Part shown: piece by piece, positions 57,901 to 64,000 of the stretch | Layout of the letters: each line of letters starts with the position of its first letter | Position numbering within the stretch: the first letter of the stretch is position 1 | DNA from: Lentimicrobiaceae bacterium | GTDB taxonomy: Bacteria > Bacteroidota > Bacteroidia > Bacteroidales > JAGNHN01 | Assembly (NCBI GenBank): GCA_018001695.1 | Contig: JAGNHN010000002.1 | Coordinates: 31,602 to 95,601, forward strand | Length of the DNA: 64,000 bases | Direction: 5' to 3' | Program-made: the position numbers and the translations under genes | Notes under the pieces: model-generated | Database searches by the model: none | What the model was told of the DNA's origin: nothing | The model's input: only the letters and a program-made list of their open reading frames with translations

Positions 57901-59441
57901 CGCGAAAGCCGGTCCTTCACCCTGATCCTGTCTCTTTCAAGATCATAAGTAATAAAACCGGCATTGGCGAGGCGAAGCAGCACCGCTTTGACCTGTTCCG
58001 GTGGTTTACGGACAAAGCTGACATAGTCTTCGAGGTAGAATTCCTGAATGCCATAACGGCGGCAATATGAATTGATCAGATCAAGGGGGTTCACTTCGTC
58101 TATCCCCTGCAGCTTCTCATACCGCGCCAGGCTGTAATAATCTGAGGATTCAAAAATGGCCCTGCCCTCAGAATTTAACCCTTTCATGGATTGCAGGTTG
58201 ATCTCGCTCTCATCGAGTTTCCAATACAAGGCTTCGAAATACATATCAATGTTGTGATAGGTATTCATATAAGGGCTCTGACTGAGTCCATCGTCGCCCC
58301 GCATCAGGCTAAGCTCGCGCCTGTCATCGAAATAGCGCATGCTCAGTCCGGGATGATAAATGGAATCTCCTTCATGATAAATAGAGACCTCAGCTCTGGC
58401 GCTGGACATCCTGTCCTGCCGGATCACAAAGGAAGGGGAACGCAGCCTGAGAAAGACCTTGTTGTCTTTTCGGAAATCCAGTAGCGCCGGAACCTGGCGC
58501 GTTCCACTGCCTTCGAGGCGATTACCGACCATGGCAACACCCCCGTAGTAATCTATGCCCTTAAAGAGGTCACGTATCTCCAGTTCGGAAAAATATGACC
58601 TGAAGCGTGGATAGGATACCCGTTCCGGCGTTATCTCCATCATCAGCTTTTCCTCGAGCTGGCCCAGCAAGGGGCGTTTGAAGTAAGCTTTGTGCGTAAA
58701 AGAGACGGAATCCACGGTGTAATCAGTGGAACGCAGGCTGATTTCGTAGGCAGCGAGTGTTGCAAACACTTCACTGGCAGGCAGTCCGGCCCGTTCCCAG
58801 GTAATGGTCCCTCCCAGGCCTTTCCATTGCTTGCTGACAGGGTCATAAGAACCACTGGTACCAGAGATGACAGATGTGTCACCCCGGACCATACCAACCA
58901 GGTCGGCATTTTGCACAAGGATCCTCATACTGGTATCGAATACCATGCTGATACTGGCGGCATCGCGCACCATCCAGCTCAGGCTCCGACTGGCATACAG
59001 GAAGCGGCCTGTAAAGAAATCCCTGCCCGCTTCTGCATATTCAGCGGCATTGCGGGCCTGACGTGAGCCGAGCGTAGCCTGTAGAAAACGCAACCAATGA
59101 CCCAGATCTGTCTCATCCATCTCCCCGAAGGGGAAAGCAACCAAACCCGCAAGAAACTGCAGCACCTGCGGATCAAAAGGCATCTTGCGATCCAGCATAC
59201 CACGGCTCACCTTGATGATCTGCCCCTGGACAGAATCCGAAACAGGTGCGCTGTCAAACCAGGCTGCAAATTCATCTACCGCAGTCTGAGCTTCTTTCTG
59301 CTTGTCACGCGAATTTAAGCCCAGGGCCAGCTTGTTCAGGTCATCCAAAAAACGTTGATGGTCCGTAGACTGAGCCTTCAGCATACTGCCCGGGAGCAGG
59401 ATTGAAGCGATCAAAAACAAAAGTAAATATCTTAGCATCAT
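54963..59441 (-). CDS. 1,492-aa secreted hypothetical protein
   Basis: Signal peptide MMLRYLLLFLIASILLPGSMLKAQ. No recognisable domain. It is tightly packed between prmA (4-nt gap) and plsY (9-nt gap). Confidence 0.75.
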   Translation of the reverse strand: MMLRYLLLFLIASILLPGSMLKAQSTDHQRFLDDLNKLALGLNSRDKQKEAQTAVDEFAAWFDSAPVSDSVQGQIIKVSRGMLDRKMPFDPQVLQFLAGLVAFPFGEMDETDLGHWLRFLQATLGSRQARNAAEYAEAGRDFFTGRFLYASRSLSWMVRDAASISMVFDTSMRILVQNADLVGMVRGDTSVISGTSGSYDPVSKQWKGLGGTITWERAGLPASEVFATLAAYEISLRSTDYTVDSVSFTHKAYFKRPLLGQLEEKLMMEITPERVSYPRFRSYFSELEIRDLFKGIDYYGGVAMVGNRLEGSGTRQVPALLDFRKDNKVFLRLRSPSFVIRQDRMSSARAEVSIYHEGDSIYHPGLSMRYFDDRRELSLMRGDDGLSQSPYMNTYHNIDMYFEALYWKLDESEINLQSMKGLNSEGRAIFESSDYYSLARYEKLQGIDEVNPLDLINSYCRRYGIQEFYLEDYVSFVRKPPEQVKAVLLRLANAGFITYDLERDRIRVKDRLSRYLQARSGRMDHDVITFQSTITALPNASLSLLDFDLRLRGVPFVYLSDSQNVVIIPENQEIVMKKDRDFLFSGVVRAGNFHFQTKGSAFDYETFRISMPTIDSMRFRVRSFTPDNNGFYTWMPVQTALQDLSGELLIDYPKNKSGKDPHPEYPIFKCGTEAFVYYDQPSIYGGVYERERFYYRIDPFTIDSLDNFSTNALSFAGYLNSAGIFPDIHMPLKVQPDYSLGFVTQTPISGYPIYGGKGKYSNVIDLSNKGLRGRGELHYLNATAHSQEFLFFPDSSEAMLSTLDMESVSKGVMYPDVQGEQVAMTWLPYEDHMMLTTTSRPMQMYAREARLDGMLRLSPLGLNGKGSMQFDKAVMESDGYSFMHREFTADTADFRLNSYDLNELAFSITNYQAHINLETRQGKFLSNGGLAQVAFPLNDYISFMDECTWLMDKDQIALRNTRVKRPDLEGLDYPALVDADITGSEFVSTHKAQDSLRFYADRGVFDLKENVITAEGVYHMRVADAAIYPAGRKVTIYRQAEMGTLSDAVILADVNTRYHLITQATVNVHGRQQYAANGKYLYAAAGSEAEVVHLHTIGVAESKTYGKGDIAEADSFYLNPAFTFQGKVNLDAPSPHLTFSGGFRINQDCDTIQHPWVRFESPVDPADVILPLEAQLKDINNKPVQLGVLYSNTEAGMYPAFLRNRLNYSDETVMTAGGAITYNKEKQSYQAGPLQRLKGEEEAGNYVEYNKRNCVLTGEGEVRINADLPQVSSFGYGQIKHLVIPDSTMAEVAFFMDFFFSQAALQEMARDLEVANLAAGDPQEGWYPGALQSLLGQEEATDVLRELSMYGTLRKTPQPLQQAVILSKVEMDWKEGERMWVSRGNIGLAAVGGKQLNREIPGMLVIERKRSGDILTLYLEAGPKSWYYFNYTRGLMQAISSNEAFNTVIREEKPEKRTMDTKKGEQTFRYIISTERKRRDFVIRYFQQEETE

Positions 59442-59445
59442 GCCG

Positions 59446-60285
59446 TTATACTGCTTTAAATCCAGCAGCTACCCAATTGTTTCTTCCTTCATAACGCAGA
59501 TAAGCCAGATGTCTTGCCCCGGCTTCCTGCTTAATTCGTTCCAGGTCCGCTTCGTAAAATCCGCTCATCCAGAGCAGGCCGTCCGGCTTGAGCGCCTGAC
59601 GGTAATGCTGAATATCCTCCAACAAGATATTTCTGTTGATATTGGCCAGGATCAGGTCGAACTGCTGGCCTTTTAGCAGACCCACATCCCCCTGCATTGC
59701 TTTCACCTGAGGGACTTTATTGATCCTGATATTGTCGAGCGCATTTTCATAAGCCCAGATGTCGTTGTCGATGGCCCAGACGTCGGACGCTCCGCGCATT
59801 GCAGCCAGGATACCCAGTACAGCTGTTCCGCTGCCCATGTCCAGCACCCGTTTGCCCGTGAGATCCATCCCCAGCAGAAATTTCAGCATCAGCCAGGTCG
59901 TCTCATGATGGGCCGTACCGAACGACATCCGGGGTTCAATAACCAGGTCATACTGTACACCGGGGACGGGATCATGGAATGGCGCACGGATAAGGCATGT
60001 ATCATCAACAAGGACAGGTGCATAGCCCTGCTCCCACTCTGCGTTCCAGTTGCGGTCTTCCAGGCGCATGACGCGAACCGGTAAAGAATACACTTCTGTA
60101 ATATGGTCTGCCAGGCCATCCGGCGAACTGAAGCCGGAGCCTTCCTCGGCCAGGTAAGCCAGGATACTATCCTCTTCTTCAATAAAGCCATGACATCCCA
60201 ATAAGGTGAGCAGGGGAATTATGCCATCTCTTCGTGTATCCTTTTCAGGTACCTTGATCTGAATCTCAAAAAACTGTGCTGCCAT
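59446..60285 (-). CDS. prmA: Ribosomal protein L11 methyltransferase
   Basis: IEPRMSFGTAHHETTWLMLKFLL..VLDMGSGTAVLGILAAMRGA..DIDNDIWA pattern typical of PrmA. Confidence 0.88.
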   Translation of the reverse strand: MAAQFFEIQIKVPEKDTRRDGIIPLLTLLGCHGFIEEEDSILAYLAEEGSGFSSPDGLADHITEVYSLPVRVMRLEDRNWNAEWEQGYAPVLVDDTCLIRAPFHDPVPGVQYDLVIEPRMSFGTAHHETTWLMLKFLLGMDLTGKRVLDMGSGTAVLGILAAMRGASDVWAIDNDIWAYENALDNIRINKVPQVKAMQGDVGLLKGQQFDLILANINRNILLEDIQHYRQALKPDGLLWMSGFYEADLERIKQEAGARHLAYLRYEGRNNWVAAGFKAV

Positions 60286-60307
60286 TCTCCTGTGTTGGGT
60301 ATGCGTG

Positions 60308-61066
60308 TCAGAGGCTCTTCATGATTTGGATGAATTCGTCCGCTTTGAGGCTGGCGCCGCCGATCAGGCCGCCATCCACATCCGGCTGTGCGAAGAGCTC
60401 GGCCGCATTCCTGGCATTGCAGCTCCCGCCATACAAAATGGTCATTTCCTGCGCCAGATCCGGGGCATAGCGCTCAGCAACCCATTGACGGATCAGGGCA
60501 TGCATCTCCTGCGCCTGTTCCGGGGTGGCCGTTAATCCTGTTCCGATCGCCCATACAGGTTCATAGGCGATGATTACCTGGTAAAAATCCTCTTCTTCAA
60601 GGTGGAATACTCCTTTTTCGAGCTGGCGCCTGACGACTTCCTTATGTTGTCCAGCCTCGCGTTCCGCGAGCACCTCTCCGCAGCAGAAGATGGGCAGGAT
60701 ATCATGTTCAAGCGCCATCTTCACTTTCTGTGCCAGCACTTCATCTGTCTCGCCGAAATACTGACGTCTTTCGCTATGGCCAATAATGACATAGTCTACA
60801 TCCATGGCTTCCAGCATGGCTGCAGAAATCTCGCCGGTATATGCTCCGGAAGCAAACTGACTGACATTCTGGGCTGCTACTCTGATGGGGTTTTCGGCCG
60901 ATACATCTGTTGCCATTTCAAGATAGACGTAAGGAGGGCAGACTATAACCTCTTTATTTTGCAGATCGATGCCAGGCATGGCCTCAACGATTTTATACAA
61001 CAGGTCATCCGCTTCGGAGAAGCTCAGGTTCATCTTCCAGTTGCCGGCTACAATTCTTCTTCTCAT
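60308..61066 (-). CDS. tpiA: Triosephosphate isomerase
   Basis: IVAGNWKMN, IIGHSERR, AYEPVWAIGTG and LYGGS motifs. Confidence 0.95.
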   Translation of the reverse strand: MRRRIVAGNWKMNLSFSEADDLLYKIVEAMPGIDLQNKEVIVCPPYVYLEMATDVSAENPIRVAAQNVSQFASGAYTGEISAAMLEAMDVDYVIIGHSERRQYFGETDEVLAQKVKMALEHDILPIFCCGEVLAEREAGQHKEVVRRQLEKGVFHLEEEDFYQVIIAYEPVWAIGTGLTATPEQAQEMHALIRQWVAERYAPDLAQEMTILYGGSCNARNAAELFAQPDVDGGLIGGASLKADEFIQIMKSL

Positions 61067-61085
61067 TATATTGATTATTAAGTGA

Positions 61086-62165
61086 TTAACTCAGTCTCAC
61101 CCTGGGATCCAATAAGGCGTAGATGATATCTACAAAGATATTAACTAAAACCAGGATGACCGCGATAAACAGGACCGCGCCCATTACGACAGGGAAATCA
61201 TATTTGTCGAGGGCGTCAACAATGACAACACCTACACCTTTCCAGTCGAAGACATATTCCACAAATACAGCGCCGGCCATGAGGGAGGCGAACCATCCGC
61301 TCACAGCCGTTACAATGGGATTCAAGGCATTCCGGAGCGCGTGCCGGACGATGACACGGGTCTTGCTGAGGCCTTTGGCATAAGCGGTTCGGATATAGTC
61401 CATGCCCATGACCTCAAGCAGGGAGCTTCGCGTCAGCTCCACGATCACACCAAGGGGGCGGATCCCCAGCGTGAGGGCAGGCAGGATGAGGGTATTCCAT
61501 GCAAAATACTCTCCTTCTCCCATATCATCGGCCATGATCAGACTGCCGACCATGGGAAGGCCGGTGATATCCGCCAACAGGAAGGCAAAGATCCATGCCA
61601 TGATGATGGCCGCGAAGAAGGAAGGTAGCGACATCCCCAGAACCGAGACCACAAGGGTTGTCCGGTCAAACCAGGTATCACGGTACAGCGCGGTGAAGGT
61701 GCCGATCAAAACGCCGAGCAGGGTGGCAAACAGCATGGATGCCACAGCCAGCAGCAGGGTCATGGGGAACGCCTCTGCAAGGATATCCGAAACCTCTCTC
61801 CGGCTTTGATAGGAGCGTCGCAGGTAAGGCTCCTTGATTATCAGGGATTTTCCAGACCCGGTCTGCAACAGTACCTGATAAGGGGTGTATTTTTCAGCAT
61901 CCAGAAAGAAAGCACTTTCCTCTCTGGCTGTATGAATGCTTAACGGAGAAAGATCATTAAGAAAGCAAAGATATTGAATTCCAAGAGGTTGATCTAGACC
62001 CATTTCTTTACGAACAGCCTCAACAGAGCCCAGGTCAGCCCGTTGTCCCATCATCATACGGGCCGGGTCACCAGGCAGGACGTTGAAGAGGAAGAAGACC
62101 AGTGTAACCACCCCCGCCATAACCAGGAGACCGTAAAATAACCGTCTGGCGAGGAAGTGCAGCAT
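61086..62165 (-). CDS. ABC transporter permease (DppB/OppB-like, BPD_transp_1)
   Basis: MLHFLARRLFYGLLVMAGVVTLVFFLFNVLPGDP N-terminus, EAA-like loop (DYIRTAYAKGLSKTRVIVRHALRNAL), six TM segments. No ATPase or binding-protein gene is adjacent. Confidence 0.8.
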   Translation of the reverse strand: MLHFLARRLFYGLLVMAGVVTLVFFLFNVLPGDPARMMMGQRADLGSVEAVRKEMGLDQPLGIQYLCFLNDLSPLSIHTAREESAFFLDAEKYTPYQVLLQTGSGKSLIIKEPYLRRSYQSRREVSDILAEAFPMTLLLAVASMLFATLLGVLIGTFTALYRDTWFDRTTLVVSVLGMSLPSFFAAIIMAWIFAFLLADITGLPMVGSLIMADDMGEGEYFAWNTLILPALTLGIRPLGVIVELTRSSLLEVMGMDYIRTAYAKGLSKTRVIVRHALRNALNPIVTAVSGWFASLMAGAVFVEYVFDWKGVGVVIVDALDKYDFPVVMGAVLFIAVILVLVNIFVDIIYALLDPRVRLS

Positions 62166-62198
62166 GGCTTTCTGGATTACATTTCGCTGGCGTTTAAG

Positions 62199-63326
62199 CT
62201 ATTTCTTCAGGTATTCACTTTTCATGACCTCGGCCGAAGGCAGGCTACGGTGGGCCCATTTGCCAACAACAACCCCATCATGCAGCAGTACCAGTCCCGG
62301 ATTGGAACGGATGATCGTCTTCAGAGCTGTTTCGTCAACAGTATACCATTGATAGAGCGCTCCTACGTCATGCCGGAAATTATCAGCATGCTCGAAGATG
62401 GAGCCCGTGAGGGCGATAAAGGAGATACCTTCGGCGGTGGCCATTTCCGCGATGCTGTTGACACGCTGGAAAGCATTCACATTGGCTTTGTTGATGTCGT
62501 ATACGATCAGGAGAAATTGATATCCAGGATTATTGATAATCTCCTCTGTGATGGTATTGTGCTCCTCATCGAAGATCTCAAAATCGTGAATGGGTGCATC
62601 TTTATACTCCTGTGTGACCACCTGACGCTGGTCCACAAATTCGAGTTTGGACATCAGGACCGTATCCTGCCAGGGCAGGTTGGCCGCTGTATACTCCATG
62701 GTCTCCCCTGTTTCGGTGTTCCTGTAAATCAGATATATCTCCGATTCCTGGGGGGTAGGCAATACAAAATCGGCGATCTTATTACCCACTTTCCAGGGCA
62801 GGAAATCGAGCAAAGGCAGATGGCGGTATGAATAGATGCTGATTCCAAGGATAAAAGCTGAACCCAGGCCCAGAATCAGCGAACGGCCCATCAGGTTATA
62901 GGGCTCGCCATAGCGGTTTCGCTGCGCAAAGATGACCAGTGTGAATACCATCAGCACGACATTCTTGTAAAAAGTCTGCCAGTTGGTCATCTTAATGGCA
63001 TCGCCAAAGCATCCGCAGTCGGAGACAGGGTTATAGATCGCCAGTACCAATGTGAGGATGGTGAAAAACGTCATGAAAATCGTAACGGCGTATGCAAACA
63101 TGCGCATCCGTGTTCCGAACAGCAGGCCCACGCCAATCACGAATTCTGCAACGCAAAGTAATATCCCCAGATACAGCGCAAAAGGATGTGCCCATTCCAT
63201 CTGGAATGCGGTGAAATAATCCTGGAACTTATAGGTAGATCCAAGGGGGTCGACTGCCTTTACAAAGCCGGAGAACATGAAAACGATCCCGACAAGCATG
63301 CGGCTGAATATTCGCAATGTCTTCAT
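62199..63326 (-). CDS. DoxX-like / BT_3928-family membrane protein with a C-terminal soluble domain
   Basis: MKTLRIFSRMLVGIVFMFSGFVKAVDPLGS.. DoxX-like N-terminal half (4 TM) plus a ~200-aa soluble tail. The position next to DUF1599 is typical of Bacteroidota. Confidence 0.65.
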   Translation of the reverse strand: MKTLRIFSRMLVGIVFMFSGFVKAVDPLGSTYKFQDYFTAFQMEWAHPFALYLGILLCVAEFVIGVGLLFGTRMRMFAYAVTIFMTFFTILTLVLAIYNPVSDCGCFGDAIKMTNWQTFYKNVVLMVFTLVIFAQRNRYGEPYNLMGRSLILGLGSAFILGISIYSYRHLPLLDFLPWKVGNKIADFVLPTPQESEIYLIYRNTETGETMEYTAANLPWQDTVLMSKLEFVDQRQVVTQEYKDAPIHDFEIFDEEHNTITEEIINNPGYQFLLIVYDINKANVNAFQRVNSIAEMATAEGISFIALTGSIFEHADNFRHDVGALYQWYTVDETALKTIIRSNPGLVLLHDGVVVGKWAHRSLPSAEVMKSEYLKK

Positions 63327-63340
63327 ATTATATACGTTTA

Positions 63341-63910
63341 TTATTCAACTTCATTTACCTTGTTACCCGGATCATTGTCTCCAAGAAGGATGAGGGCGAA
63401 TACAGCATAATTAATGATATCCAGGTAATTGGCATCCACACCTTCTGAGATCAGGGTTTGGCCGTCATTATCTTCTATTTGTTTGATTCTAAGCAATTTC
63501 ATCAGGATAATATCCGTCAGTGAGCTTACCCTCATATTTCGCCACGCCTCGCCATAATCATGGTTCTTATTCATCATCAGGTCCTTGGCACGATCACGTT
63601 GGACAGCGAACATCGCCAGGGCTTCATCGGGATTCAGGTCCATGCTTTCTGTCGGACCTAATTCCAACTGAATCAATGCGATGATAGCGTAATTGACGAT
63701 CCCTGTGAACTCAGGCAATATACCCTCATCCACCTTGTGCATCCCTGAACGATCGATACTGCGGATGCGGTTTGCTTTTATATATATTTGATCTGTCAGA
63801 GAAGCCGGGCGCAGGACACGCCAGGCCGGACCATAATCGCGGAGTTTTCGGGTAAAAACATCCAGGCAAGCCTCCATGACCCGGTCGTATTGGTATGATG
63901 TACGCTCCAT
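63341..63910 (-). CDS. DUF1599-family protein
   Basis: Internal duplication (DYGPAWRVLRPASLTDQIYIKANRIRSI / DYGEAWRNMRVSSLTDIILMKLLRIKQI) and the NYAIIALI / NYAVFALI pair. ATG at 63910 is preferred over the ORF-track start at 63994. Confidence 0.65.
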   Translation of the reverse strand: MERTSYQYDRVMEACLDVFTRKLRDYGPAWRVLRPASLTDQIYIKANRIRSIDRSGMHKVDEGILPEFTGIVNYAIIALIQLELGPTESMDLNPDEALAMFAVQRDRAKDLMMNKNHDYGEAWRNMRVSSLTDIILMKLLRIKQIEDNDGQTLISEGVDANYLDIINYAVFALILLGDNDPGNKVNEVE

Positions 63911-64000
63911 CGTTTGTATCTTCGCACTTAAACCTGAAATCATCGTGATAAACAAGGGCGATAAAGATAGTCTATTTTCCTGTTTGCATGGCATACGCTG

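Noticed and set aside
52883-62831. Large antisense ORFs within housekeeping genes (52883-53575 -, 56157-56813 +, 60602-61081 +, 62157-62831 +).
   Set aside because: Each lies entirely opposite a CDS with strong family signatures (DUF4301, the 1,492-aa protein, TpiA, DoxX-like) and has no motifs of its own.

Overview
This 64-kb window looks like a Bacteroidota chromosome. That inference rests on T9SS C-terminal sorting domains, a PorP/SprF gene, repeated TAnnTTTG -7 promoter boxes, and DUF4301, BT_3928/DoxX and DUF1599 genes. I saw no rRNA, CRISPR array, integrase or phage genes.

The first ~43 kb is dominated by four giant secreted surface proteins.
- On the + strand there is a 5'-truncated tandem Ig-repeat adhesin of more than 4,833 aa with a type B T9SS CTD. 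Its porP/sprF-like gene and a PorE-like OmpA gene follow it.
- Three consecutive minus-strand genes follow. The first (1,459 aa) carries three Fib_succ_major (FISH) domains.
- The second (3,696 aa) combines an SBBP propeller, Ig and HYR-like modules, a dockerin-like segment and a type A CTD.
- The third (1,708 aa) ends in a lone SprB repeat and has no recognisable CTD.
- A P-loop kinase, an aspartyl-protease/PDZ protein and a Wzz-like protein sit between the two adhesin loci.

The segment 43-50 kb is a small accessory islet.
- It holds higBA directly upstream of a DnaQ-exonuclease::GIY-YIG (Cho-like) gene, a SAM methyltransferase, a HEPN(HI0074)/MNT pair and an NhaP2 antiporter.
- It also holds an HUH-Y1 (RAYT/IS200-like) gene, a (CTCTTC)n tract and two tandem tRNA-Leu genes.
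- The HUH-Y1 gene carries a perfect in-frame 5x24-bp tandem repeat that ends in a 40-bp palindrome.

The segment 50-64 kb is housekeeping: pepE, DUF4301, plsY, a 1,492-aa hypothetical, prmA, tpiA, an ABC permease, DoxX/BT_3928 and DUF1599.

All calls come from reading the translations and sequence by eye. No database search was run.
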